DNA of 64,000 nucleotides from Planctomycetota bacterium (GTDB taxonomy: Bacteria; Planctomycetota; UBA1135; UBA2386). The stretch is taken from positions 21,458 to 85,457 of the forward strand of contig JBGARS010000009.1 of NCBI GenBank assembly GCA_044230075.1, in the 5' to 3' direction. Shown here one piece after another: positions 18,667 through 27,981 of this stretch. Made by a program: the position numbers and the translations under genes. Numbering within the stretch: the stretch's first letter is position 1; each line of letters starts with the position of its first letter. The notes beneath the pieces were generated by a model that worked only from the letters and a program-made list of their open reading frames with translations, had not been told where the DNA came from and did no database searches.

Positions 18667-19694
18667 GGAAGCTGCGCGTGCTGGTCGCGATGCACGACGT
18701 GCTGGTGCCGCCGGACGACGCCCACAAGCTGTCGGCCGAAGAGACCTGGACCTACCAGATGGAGTTCGAGGTCGTGAAGACGCTGCGCGAACTCGGCCAC
18801 GACGTGCGCGTGCTCGGCGTCGGCGACGAGCTGCGACCGGTGCGCGATGCGTGCGCCGAGTGGAAACCGCACGTCGTGTTCAACATCCTCAGCGACTTCC
18901 ACGACGTCGTCACCTACGAGGCCCACTTCGTCAGCTACCTCGAACTGCTGAAGCAGCCGTACACCGGCTGCAACCCGCGCGGGATCGTGTTCGCCGGCGA
19001 CAAGGCGATGAGCAAGCAGATCCTGACGTGGCATCGCATCCCGTGTCCGGCGTTCGCGGTGTTCCCGCTGCGCACCAAGAAGGCGAAGCTGCCGCGCCGC
19101 ATGCAGTTCCCGGTGATCGTCAAGTCGGCGATCCAGCACGGCAGCGCCGGCATCTCGCAGGCCTCGGTCGTGCACGACGACGAGGAACTGCAGGAGCGCG
19201 TCGGCTTCCTGCATCGCACGCTGCAGACCACCGTGGTCGCCGAGCAGTTCCTGCACGGCCGCGAACTGACGGTCAGCATCCTCGGCAACGAACGGCTCGA
19301 GGTGATGCCGATCTGGGAGCTGTGGTTCGACAAGCTGCCGGAGGGCAACGAGGCGATCGCGACCTCGCGCGTGAAGTGGGACGTGCGCTACCAGAAGCGC
19401 ATCGGCCTGCAGACCGGCCGCGCGCGCGACCTCGGCAAGGAGCTCGAGGAGCAGATCATCCGGATCTGCAAGCGCACCTACCGCGCGCTGGACCTGTCGG
19501 GCTATGCGCGCATCGACCTGCGGCTCGATCAGGAGGGGCGGCCCTACGTGATCGAGGCGAACGTCAACAACGACCTGTCGCCCGGCGAGGACTTCCCGGA
19601 GTCGGCGAAGGCGGCGGGCCTCGACTACGGCCAGCTGCTGCAGCGCATCCTCAACGTCGGCATCAACTACAAGCCCGCCTGGATGGTCGAATGA
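18663..19694 (+). CDS. ATP-grasp ligase, D-Ala-D-Ala ligase-like
   Basis: PYTGC, DKAMSKQIL, FPVIVKS...GSAGIS, EQFLHGRELTVSILGN, GYARIDLRL..YVIEANVN; ATGA-coupled to the peptidase. Confidence 0.88.
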   Translation: MRKLRVLVAMHDVLVPPDDAHKLSAEETWTYQMEFEVVKTLRELGHDVRVLGVGDELRPVRDACAEWKPHVVFNILSDFHDVVTYEAHFVSYLELLKQPYTGCNPRGIVFAGDKAMSKQILTWHRIPCPAFAVFPLRTKKAKLPRRMQFPVIVKSAIQHGSAGISQASVVHDDEELQERVGFLHRTLQTTVVAEQFLHGRELTVSILGNERLEVMPIWELWFDKLPEGNEAIATSRVKWDVRYQKRIGLQTGRARDLGKELEEQIIRICKRTYRALDLSGYARIDLRLDQEGRPYVIEANVNNDLSPGEDFPESAKAAGLDYGQLLQRILNVGINYKPAWMVE

Positions 19695-21616
19695 GCGCCG
19701 AGCCGACGCCGACACGACGTTGGCCCTGGCGCGTGCTCGCGGCGCTGCTGCTGCTCGCGCTGGGCTGGGCGGTGCTGCGCCTGTGCTGGCTCAGCGACGA
19801 TGCGTTCATCACCTTCCGCAGCGTCGAGAACCTGTGCGCCGGCAACGGCCCGGTCTGGAACGTCGACGAACGCGTGCAGACCTACACGCATCCGCTGTGG
19901 TTCTGGCTCCTGTGCCTCTGCCGCGGCATCACCGGTGAATGCCCACTGACAGCGCAGGTGCTCGGCATGGGCCTGTCGGCGATCGGCGTGGTGCTGCTGC
20001 TGCGAACCGCCGGCACCGCGGTGGCTGCCGCGGCGGCGCTCGCGCTGCTGGTCGGCTCGCGGTCGTGGACGAGCTTCGCGACGTCGGGGCTCGAGACCTC
20101 GCTGACGCACCTGCTGGTCGCGCTGCTGTTCCTCGCCTGGCGCATCGAGCATCCCGCGCAGCGCGCCGTGCGCGTGGCCGTCGTCAGCGGCCTGTTGCTG
20201 ACCACGCGCCTCGACCTGATCGTGCTCGCCGGTCCGACGCTGCTGGTCGCACTGCAGGGTGTCGGCCGCGGGCCGGCGCTTCGCGCGCTGGCGATCGGCA
20301 TGGCGCTGCCGGGCGCGTGGCTCGCGTTCGCCACGGTCTACTACGGCTCACCGTTCCCCGTCACCGCCTACGCAAAGGCGTTCTGCCACGGCCTGCCCGC
20401 CAGCCAGGTGGCCCTGCAGGGCCTGCACTACCTGCTGCGCACCGTCACCGACGACCCGGTCACCGCGGCGGGCATCTTGCTCGGCATCACGCTGGGCCTG
20501 CGCCGGTCGGGCTGTCGCGCGTTTGCCGTCGGCACCGCGCTCTACACCCTCTACGCGATCAAGGTCGGCGGCGACTACATGCTGGGCCGGTTCTTCCTGC
20601 CGGCGTTCGACGTCGCCGTCTGGCTGATCGCCCTGTCGCCAGCCGTGCGCAGGCCAACGGTGGCGGCGGCGGTCGCGGTGACGTCGTTGGTGTTGCTGTT
20701 CGTTCCCGGCGTGCCCGAGGCGTGCCGGCCGGTCGACGCGCCGCCGGCGAGCAAGCGCATCACCGAAGACGGCATCATGGACGAACAGGCGTGGCTCTAC
20801 CGCCACAACGGCTTGCTGTCGCCGGAGCGCGTCGACCACGAGCCGGGCTCGATCGCGGCGCTGCTGCGGGCGACCGGCTTCACGCGGCGGGCGTTCGTGG
20901 TCGCGGGTGTCGTCGGCGTGGTCGGTTTCGGCGTCGGCGAACAGGTGCACATCGTCGATCCCTGGCTCTGCGACCCGGTGCTGATGCGGCTGCCCGTCGC
21001 CGATCCGGCGCACTGGCGCATCGGCCACTTCTTCCGCCGCTTCCCCGCCGGCTACCTCGAGAGCGTCGGCGCCGGCACGAATCACATCCGCCACGCCGGC
21101 TTCGCGCGCTTCTACGACGCGATGCAGTCGGTCGTGCGCGATCCCGTGTGGTCGGCAACGCGGTGGCAGAACCTGATCGGCCTGTGGACCGGCAAGTTCG
21201 ACGGCGACCTCGCCGCCTTCGTGCACGACGAGTACTTCGACCCACCGCGCACACAGCTCGCACTCGCCGACATCTCGCAGCCATTGCCGCCGTTCGGCTG
21301 GTGGTTCGAGACGCCGGGCGCCCGGTCGGCGCAGTGCGGCGGGCTCACGGTCCGGTTGCCGGCAGCCAGCGACAGCGCGGCGATCCTGTTGTCGGCGACG
21401 GCCGACACGACCTACACGATCTCGTTCTGCCGCGCGGGGCAGGTCGTGGGCTCGGCCCGGCTGGCCGACATCGGCCTGCCGCTGGTCGGCATGGCGCCGC
21501 GCCGCGTCGACGTACCGCAGCAGGCACGCCCGTTCGACGAGATCCGGATCGATGCCTCACCGCCGGCCGAGTTCCCCGCCGCGGCGGTCGTCGGCCGCAT
21601 CGAACTGGTCCCCTGA
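19691..21616 (+). CDS. AftB-like GT-C glycosyltransferase (paralog 1)
   Basis: DDAFITFRSVEN..GPVWNVDERVQTYTHPLW, FATSGLE, TRLD, PVTAYAK, GGDYMLGRFF; multiple TMs. Confidence 0.75.
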   Translation: MSAEPTPTRRWPWRVLAALLLLALGWAVLRLCWLSDDAFITFRSVENLCAGNGPVWNVDERVQTYTHPLWFWLLCLCRGITGECPLTAQVLGMGLSAIGVVLLLRTAGTAVAAAAALALLVGSRSWTSFATSGLETSLTHLLVALLFLAWRIEHPAQRAVRVAVVSGLLLTTRLDLIVLAGPTLLVALQGVGRGPALRALAIGMALPGAWLAFATVYYGSPFPVTAYAKAFCHGLPASQVALQGLHYLLRTVTDDPVTAAGILLGITLGLRRSGCRAFAVGTALYTLYAIKVGGDYMLGRFFLPAFDVAVWLIALSPAVRRPTVAAAVAVTSLVLLFVPGVPEACRPVDAPPASKRITEDGIMDEQAWLYRHNGLLSPERVDHEPGSIAALLRATGFTRRAFVVAGVVGVVGFGVGEQVHIVDPWLCDPVLMRLPVADPAHWRIGHFFRRFPAGYLESVGAGTNHIRHAGFARFYDAMQSVVRDPVWSATRWQNLIGLWTGKFDGDLAAFVHDEYFDPPRTQLALADISQPLPPFGWWFETPGARSAQCGGLTVRLPAASDSAAILLSATADTTYTISFCRAGQVVGSARLADIGLPLVGMAPRRVDVPQQARPFDEIRIDASPPAEFPAAAVVGRIELVP

Positions 21617-21629
21617 TCGGGAACGGATA

Positions 21630-22823
21630 TCAGTTCCCGTCGGGGCCCCAGGGTGTCGTGGGGGGCCGCACGCCGTGCCGCACCGCGCCCTCGCCATGGC
21701 GATCGCGGATGCGATCCATCGCCGCCAGCACCCGGTCGCGCTGCTTCGGCGGCGCCGCGAACAAGGCCCCCTGCACCGGCGCGTCGATGCCGACCAGCGA
21801 CGCCGCGGTGACGCCGAGCAGGCGCACGCCGGGGCGTCCGGACCAGCAGGACGCCAGCAGTTCACAGGCCGTGCGGTGCAGCTCGAGGTCGTCGGCGGTC
21901 GGCGCGACCTTGCGCTGCCGCGACAGCGTCGTGAAGTCCGGATGCCGCAGCTTCAGCCGCACGACGGTGCCGCGCAGGCCTTCGCGCCGCAGCCGCCGCC
22001 CGACCATCTGGCTCAACTGCAGCAGGGTGTCGCGCACCTCGTCGGCACAGGTGAGGTCCGCCGCGAACGTCATCTCGTGACCGATCGTGCGCGCCGCGCG
22101 CGCCGACTCGACCTGCCGCGGATCGAGGCCGTTCGCGAGCACGAACAGGTGCGGGCCGAGGCTCTGGCCGAACGCCTGCACGAGCTCGGCTTCGCTGCGC
22201 CGCTGCACGTCGGCGATCGTGCGCAGGCCCGCCCGTTCCAGCTGCTGCTGCGTGACCGCGCCGACGCCCCACAGGCGCGAGACCGGCAGCGGCGCCAGGA
22301 ACGTGCGCTCTTCGCCCGGCGGCACCACCACCAGCGCGTCCGGCTTCAAGAGGTCGCTGGCGACCTTGGCGACGTACTTCGAGGTCGCCACGCCGACGCT
22401 GACGCAGAGCCCGGTCGCGCGCAGCACCTCGTGCTTGATCGCGCGCGCGATCGTCTCGCCGTCGCCGAACAGCGCCCGGCTGCCGGTGACGTCGAGGAAC
22501 GCCTCGTCCAGCGACAGCGGTTCGACCAGGTCGGTGAAGCCGTCGAACACGGCGCGCACCTGCGCCGAGACCCCTTCGTAGACCTCCATGCGCGGCACGA
22601 CGAAGATGCCGTGCGGGCACAGCTGCTTCGCGCGCACGCCGGGCATCGCCGAGTGCACGCCGAACTTGCGCGCCTCGTAACTCGCGGTGCTGACGACCTG
22701 GCGCGGACCGGCGCCACCGATGATCACCGGCTTGCCACGCAGCTCCGGCCGATCCCGCTGCTCGATGGCCGCGTAGAACGCGTCCATGTCGGCGTGCAGG
22801 ATCGTGCGGTGCGTGGCAGCCAC
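21630..22823 (-). CDS. dinB: DNA polymerase IV
   Basis: ILHADMDAFYAAIEQRDRPELRGKPV, STASYEARKFGVHSAMP, EPLSLDEAFLD, AKVASDLLKPD. Confidence 0.95.
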   Translation of the reverse strand: MAATHRTILHADMDAFYAAIEQRDRPELRGKPVIIGGAGPRQVVSTASYEARKFGVHSAMPGVRAKQLCPHGIFVVPRMEVYEGVSAQVRAVFDGFTDLVEPLSLDEAFLDVTGSRALFGDGETIARAIKHEVLRATGLCVSVGVATSKYVAKVASDLLKPDALVVVPPGEERTFLAPLPVSRLWGVGAVTQQQLERAGLRTIADVQRRSEAELVQAFGQSLGPHLFVLANGLDPRQVESARAARTIGHEMTFAADLTCADEVRDTLLQLSQMVGRRLRREGLRGTVVRLKLRHPDFTTLSRQRKVAPTADDLELHRTACELLASCWSGRPGVRLLGVTAASLVGIDAPVQGALFAAPPKQRDRVLAAMDRIRDRHGEGAVRHGVRPPTTPWGPDGN

Positions 22824-22852
22824 GCGCCAAGGCTACGCCGCCGGGAGCGGAC

Positions 22853-23305
22853 CTAAAACCAGTCCGGCGTCATCTCCGGATCGAGCCCCATCGCCTGCAG
22901 GATCAGGCCTTGCACGTACTCGGGATCGATCGAGAACTCCTTCAGCGTCTCGTAGCACGAGCCGGACTTCACCGACAACAGCGCCAGCGCCATGTGTTCG
23001 GGCTCGACCGCTTTGCCGCCGAGCTGCTTCGCCGCGTCCTTGCTGCGTTCGAACACCGTGTGCACGTGGCGGTTGAACGGCCCGTTCGGCACCGAGGGCT
23101 CGCGCGGCAGGCTCTTGACGTAGCCCGAGAACATGTCCGGGTCGACGTTGAGGTCCTGGAAGATGTGGTGCAGGCAGACGCTGCGATCGACGCAGAGCCC
23201 GTAGATCAAGTGGCCGGTCGCGACCGATTCGTCGCTGAGCTGTTGGGCCAGTTCTTCGGCCTTCTTGATGGCCTGCACGGTCTTTGGGGCGAAGTCCTCG
23301 AACAT
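22853..23305 (-). CDS. Stand-alone Clp N-terminal (double Clp-N repeat) protein
   Basis: MFEDF...AEELA...VATGHLIYGL and VFERSKDAAKQLGGKAVEPEHMALALL; no AAA+ domain. Confidence 0.85.
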   Translation of the reverse strand: MFEDFAPKTVQAIKKAEELAQQLSDESVATGHLIYGLCVDRSVCLHHIFQDLNVDPDMFSGYVKSLPREPSVPNGPFNRHVHTVFERSKDAAKQLGGKAVEPEHMALALLSVKSGSCYETLKEFSIDPEYVQGLILQAMGLDPEMTPDWF

Positions 23306-23377
23306 GGGGGGCGGCACTCTAACGATCGGGTGGGAAGGACGCCACCGCAGCCTGGGTTCCGGGGCGCGGCACGGACT

Positions 23378-23866
23378 CTACGACCGGTTCGCCAGCCGCT
23401 GCGCACGCCGTTCCTGGGCCGCGGCGAACCGCCGCGTCTCCTCGGCCGTCTGCGGCTGCACGGGCGCCACCTGGCGCGGTGCCTTGGTCGTCGGGTCCAG
23501 CGACACGAACGTCAGGTAGGCCGACACGACGTGCCGGCGGTCGCCGGTGGCGCGGTCCTCGCGCCAGACCTTGACCCCGACCTCCATCGACGTGCGGCCG
23601 GCGTAGTTCACCGACGCCAGCAGCACGACCACGCTGCCGACCTCCACCGGGTTGTGGAAGTCGATGCGGTCGACGCTGGCGGTGACCACCGGCGTGCGGG
23701 CGTGGCGCCCGGCCGCGACCGCGGCGCAGATGTCGATCCAGTGCATGACACGACCACCCATGGCGTTGCCGAGCGGGTTGGCGTCGTTGGGGAACACGAT
23801 CTCCGTCATCTCGACCTTGCTGTCGGCGACGGGTCGCGGCGGGAGGGGCGACGGCTGGGAGGTCAT
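23378..23866 (-). CDS. Acyl-CoA thioesterase (hotdog fold)
   Basis: VFPNDANPLGNAMGGRVMHWID, VVTASVDRIDF..PV, GRTSMEVGVKV. Confidence 0.92.
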   Translation of the reverse strand: MTSQPSPLPPRPVADSKVEMTEIVFPNDANPLGNAMGGRVMHWIDICAAVAAGRHARTPVVTASVDRIDFHNPVEVGSVVVLLASVNYAGRTSMEVGVKVWREDRATGDRRHVVSAYLTFVSLDPTTKAPRQVAPVQPQTAEETRRFAAAQERRAQRLANRS

Positions 23867-23969
23867 CGGGGCGGGCACTCTAGTCCGGCACGCGCGGCAG
23901 GGAAGTGCGCTTTCGCCGCCCCCGCGGGGCGACCACCCTCCCCCGCTACGATCCCCGAGCTGCCCACCC

Positions 23970-24440
23970 ATGCGACCACTCAGCCTCCTGTGCATCCCGC
24001 TGCTGCTCGCCAGTTGCGCCAACTACGACTTCGCCACCGCGCGGCTGCCCGACGGCCGCTTCGACACGCAGAAGCTGATCGCGGATCTGGAGGCCTCGGG
24101 CAAGGACTCGCTGAGCGATGGCATCTGGATCCCGTTGGTCCATCTGGACATCACGACCTTCGAACGCGCGCGGTGGGACGCGCCGGCGGGCTACGAGCTG
24201 TCGCAGATCACCAGCTACGGGCCCGTGTTCCTGGCCGGCGCGCACGACATCACGCTGTACGACCCGAAAGGCACCGTGATCGAACAGCGCGATCTGGAAT
24301 GGCTCGGCTGCGGCGTCCTGTGGTTCGACCGCGATACGCGCATCGAGACGATCGCCGGCCCGCGGTTGCAGAGCGACTGGCGCCTGCTGTTGCTGCTCGG
24401 GCGCGACGACGACATCGACTACGTGCGCCGCGAGAAGTAG
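23970..24440 (+). CDS. Hypothetical lipoprotein
   Basis: Lipobox LLLASC after MRPLSLLCIP. Confidence 0.7.
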   Translation: MRPLSLLCIPLLLASCANYDFATARLPDGRFDTQKLIADLEASGKDSLSDGIWIPLVHLDITTFERARWDAPAGYELSQITSYGPVFLAGAHDITLYDPKGTVIEQRDLEWLGCGVLWFDRDTRIETIAGPRLQSDWRLLLLLGRDDDIDYVRREK

Positions 24441-24470
24441 CGCCGACACCACGGACCGCCGCGGGCCGTG

Positions 24471-24875
24471 TCAGCGCGCGCGAACGTCCTCGCGCCGCGC
24501 GTCGGCCTCGGCGGCGACGGGTCGCAGTTCGGCGGGCGCGTCGGCCTCGAACAGCTTCGCGACGCCGCGCGCCATCGGCCAGACGCCGAGGTCCTGTTCG
24601 CCGTCCTCGAACGGCACGCGGCGGCTGAAGCGCCCCTGCATCGTCGCATGCCCGAGCCAGCGGCCCTGCGCGTCCTGCACGCGGTAGTACGGCAGCGGTC
24701 CGCTCGGGTCGCGGATCTCGAGCTGCACGACGTGGCCCTTCAGTTCGCCAGCGATCCAGATCTGCCAGCGGGCGACCTCCACGACCGGGCGCGGCGCATA
24801 GGGCTGTGGTGGCGGCGGCGCGCTGCCGCAGCCCACCAGCAGCAGGGCGGCGGCGATGGTGACGGTTCTCGGCAT
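24471..24875 (-). CDS. Hypothetical lipoprotein
   Basis: Lipobox LLLVGC; GGAG Shine-Dalgarno upstream. Confidence 0.7.
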   Translation of the reverse strand: MPRTVTIAAALLLVGCGSAPPPPQPYAPRPVVEVARWQIWIAGELKGHVVQLEIRDPSGPLPYYRVQDAQGRWLGHATMQGRFSRRVPFEDGEQDLGVWPMARGVAKLFEADAPAELRPVAAEADARREDVRAR

Positions 24876-24977
24876 CGATCTCCTCCGGAGCCGCCGCGGA
24901 GGGATCTCCTCAGTGGCGCAGCGAGCGTTCTAGCCGCAGAATGCCGCGCCCGCCATCGTGGCGGCCCGCCGCCCGCC

Positions 24978-26051
24978 ATGACCGTGATGAAAGGCATCCA
25001 GCTCACCGCCCCCGGCAAGTTCCGCCTGCGCACGGACCTGCCCGTGCCCGAACCCGGCCCCGGCCAGGTCCGCATCCGTGTCGCCGCCGCCGGCATCTGC
25101 GGCACCGACGTGCACATCTGCAGCGGCGACCCGTCGATGAACGGGCTGATCGCGCCGCCGGTGGTGCTCGGCCACGAGTTCTGCGGCCACATCGACAAGC
25201 TCGGCCCGGGTGTCGACACCGCACACCTGCCGCTCGGCACCTACGTCAGCGCCGAGATGCACGAGATCTGCGGCGAGTGCCCGGCCTGCCGGGCCGAGGC
25301 CTACCACGCCTGCGCCACGGCGCGCATCCACGGCATCAATCTCGACGGCGCGTTCGCCGAGTTCGTGGTCGTCTCGGCGACCAACGTCGTGACGCTGCCG
25401 AAGACGCTGCCGATCCAGGCCGCCGCGATCCTCGATCCGCTCGGCAACGCCGTGCACACGGTGATGAAGGTGCCGGTCGAGAAGCGCACGGTCGCGATCG
25501 TCGGCTTCGGGCCGATCGGCGCAATGTGCGGCGAGGTGGCGACGTTCGTCGGCGCGGCGCACGTGTTCGTGCTCGACGTCAGCGACCTGGCGCTGGGCCG
25601 CGCGCGGCAGTGGGTCGAGCGCCGCTCGCTGCAGGACCGCGTAACCGTCGTCGACGCGCGCGGCACGCCGGTCGAGACCGTGGTCGACGCGACCAAGGGC
25701 GGCGTCGACGTGGCGCTCGAGATCTCGGGGCACCCCTCCGGCATCAACAACGCGATCCAGCTGACGCGCCCCGCCGGCCACGTCGTCAACCTCGGCCTGC
25801 CGAAGGGTGACGCGGTGACGATCGAGCGCTTCAGCAAGAACTTCATCTTCAAGGGCCTGACGATGCACGCGGTGATCGGCCGCGAGATGTTCCGCACCTG
25901 GGACCAGATGCTCGACCTGCTGCGCCGCGGCATGGACATCTCGCACCTGGTGACCGCCGAGATGCCGCTCGAGGACTTCGCCATCGGCATGGACCGGTTC
26001 GGCAAGGGCATCGAGCAGAAGGTCGTGCTGTATCCTGCCGGCAAGCCATGA
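24978..26051 (+). CDS. tdh: L-threonine 3-dehydrogenase
   Basis: GICGTDVH, GHEFCG, CGECPAC...C Zn cluster, DPLGNAVHT, GFGPIG, GREMFRTW; same operon as kbl. Confidence 0.88.
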   Translation: MTVMKGIQLTAPGKFRLRTDLPVPEPGPGQVRIRVAAAGICGTDVHICSGDPSMNGLIAPPVVLGHEFCGHIDKLGPGVDTAHLPLGTYVSAEMHEICGECPACRAEAYHACATARIHGINLDGAFAEFVVVSATNVVTLPKTLPIQAAAILDPLGNAVHTVMKVPVEKRTVAIVGFGPIGAMCGEVATFVGAAHVFVLDVSDLALGRARQWVERRSLQDRVTVVDARGTPVETVVDATKGGVDVALEISGHPSGINNAIQLTRPAGHVVNLGLPKGDAVTIERFSKNFIFKGLTMHAVIGREMFRTWDQMLDLLRRGMDISHLVTAEMPLEDFAIGMDRFGKGIEQKVVLYPAGKP

Positions 26052-27361
26052 GTGACGCCGCCGACAACGGGGCACTCGCATGCGGTGGGATCGCGACCAG
26101 GGTCGAGGCGTTGGGGTACCGCTCGCTGCGACACGTCGAGCAGGATCTGGATGCGTTCCACGTGCTCGTGGGACCCAATGCGAGCGGCAAGTCCACCTTC
26201 CTCGACGTTCTCGCGTTCCTTGGCGACGTGGTGAAGGCCGGGGCAGCTGCCGCCATCGAGGGGGACACGCGCCTTGGCATTCCACACCGGGCACCGGATG
26301 GCAGGCAATTGTGTTGGCTGCGAGAGGGTTCGCGGATCGAACTCGCGGTGGAGTTCCGGATACCTGCCGAGCGACTCGCCCTGCTCAAGAACGGCAAGGA
26401 CAAGGTCTGTCGCTACGAACTCGCGCTGGACGTCAGTGGACCCCTGCGTATCGCCTCGGAGACGCTGTGGCTGAAGCCACCAACCGAGAACGAACCGACC
26501 CAGCGGACGCTGTTCCCGAGCATCTCGCAGCCGCCAGCGAACATCGTGCGTCTCCTGGGCAAGCACGCACCAGCCGGCTGGCGCAAGGTCCTGTGGCGCG
26601 GCGAAGACCCGACGAGCGTGACCTTCTCGGCGGAGACCGGCAACTGGAACAGCCCGTTCCGCATTGCCCAGGACAAGGCCGCGCTCGCGAGCCTGCCCGA
26701 GGACGAGAACAAGTTCCCCGTCGCGACCTGGTTCCGCTCGGCTCTCTCGGTGGGCGTGCAACGCATCGCGCTCTCGGCAGAAGGCCTGCGCCGGCCTTGC
26801 CCACCTGGCCGTACGCGCGAGTTCTTGCCTGACGGCTCGAACATGCCGCTGGTCGTGCACGCATTGGAGAAGGAACATCCCGACGTGCTCGCGTCGTGGA
26901 TCGCCCACGTCCGCGAGGCGCTGCCCGACCTGCAGTCGGTGTCGACCCACGAACGGGAAGAGGACCGACATCGATACGTCGTCCTGCACTACGCCAACGG
27001 CCTCAAGGCACCCTCTTGGCTCGCTTCCGACGGCACGCTTCGCCTGCTCGCACTGACGCTGCTCGCCTACGTGCCGGGCCTGACGGGCACCTACCTGATC
27101 GAGGAACCAGAGAACGGCATCCACCCACGCGCCGTGGAAACCGTGTTCCAGTCGCTCTGCTCGGTCTACGGAGCCCAGGTGTTGCTCGCAACGCACTCGC
27201 CGGTCGTCCTGAGCATCGCAAACCTCGACCAGGTGCTGTGCTTCGCGCGCGACAGCGCCGGCGCCACCGACGTGGTGCCGGGACGCATGCATCCGCGGCT
27301 GCGAGATTGGCAAGGCGACGTGGATCTGGGCTCGCTCTTGGCGAGTGGCGTCTTGTCATGA
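26048..27361 (+). CDS. AAA_21/ABC-type ATPase, MAD3-like (defence-associated)
   Basis: Walker A GPNASGKST, signature ASDGTLRLL, Walker B LIEEPENGIHP, H-loop ATHSP; LPEDENKFPVATW and DGSNMP resemble MADS MAD3 as I recall it; lower GC. Confidence 0.75.
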   Translation: MSDAADNGALACGGIATRVEALGYRSLRHVEQDLDAFHVLVGPNASGKSTFLDVLAFLGDVVKAGAAAAIEGDTRLGIPHRAPDGRQLCWLREGSRIELAVEFRIPAERLALLKNGKDKVCRYELALDVSGPLRIASETLWLKPPTENEPTQRTLFPSISQPPANIVRLLGKHAPAGWRKVLWRGEDPTSVTFSAETGNWNSPFRIAQDKAALASLPEDENKFPVATWFRSALSVGVQRIALSAEGLRRPCPPGRTREFLPDGSNMPLVVHALEKEHPDVLASWIAHVREALPDLQSVSTHEREEDRHRYVVLHYANGLKAPSWLASDGTLRLLALTLLAYVPGLTGTYLIEEPENGIHPRAVETVFQSLCSVYGAQVLLATHSPVVLSIANLDQVLCFARDSAGATDVVPGRMHPRLRDWQGDVDLGSLLASGVLS

Positions 27362-27969
27362 TCGACCTCGTCTGCCTCGTGGCCGACAAGAACATGGAGG
27401 CCGTCGTGCAGAGCCTGCTCGGGAAGCACCCGGCTCTCGGCATCCGCTCGATCACCAGTGAGATCATCCACCATCCCCAACACGACCCGGGTTGCTACAA
27501 GTCACCCGCGTCACTGCTCGGCCTGTATTCCCGGCAAGCCAGACACGCACTCGTCCTGCTGGATCGCGCGTGGGATGGAGTCCCCGACAAGAGCAGCGTG
27601 GATCTCGAGGCAGACATCGACCGCTCGATCGCACACCTCGGCAACGGCTGGGCGAAGTCGATCGTCATCGACCCCGAACTGGAGGTCTGGCTCTTCACCC
27701 GATCGCCGCGCCTCGACGACGCCCTCGGATGGCGAGATCGAAAGCCACCCCTTGCCGAAGAACTCGCCCGTCGCGGATCTTGGCCGATGGACGCCGCAAA
27801 GCCGATCGCGCCGAAAGCGACGATGCTCTGGGCCCTGAGTCGCGTCGGCAAGCAGAAGTCCTCTTCGATCTACCGCCAGATCGTCGCGAACCTCGGCCTG
27901 GCGAGATGCACCGACCCGTCGTTCCTCCGCTTCAAGTCGGCGCTGCAAGCCTGGTTCCCACTCGTCTAG
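27358..27969 (+). CDS. MAD4-like (DUF4276/TOPRIM-like) partner protein
   Basis: DLVCLVADKNME, HPQHDPGC, LLDR, IVIDPELEVW, SSIYRQI...L.RCTDPSF..F...LQAWFP; ATGA-coupled to the ATPase. Confidence 0.7.
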   Translation: MIDLVCLVADKNMEAVVQSLLGKHPALGIRSITSEIIHHPQHDPGCYKSPASLLGLYSRQARHALVLLDRAWDGVPDKSSVDLEADIDRSIAHLGNGWAKSIVIDPELEVWLFTRSPRLDDALGWRDRKPPLAEELARRGSWPMDAAKPIAPKATMLWALSRVGKQKSSSIYRQIVANLGLARCTDPSFLRFKSALQAWFPLV

Positions 27970-27981
27970 GATCCACCCGCC

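Noticed and set aside
18663-19694. Calling the ATP-grasp gene ddl
   Set aside because: It lacks the canonical Ddl N-terminal motif and has no cell-wall gene context
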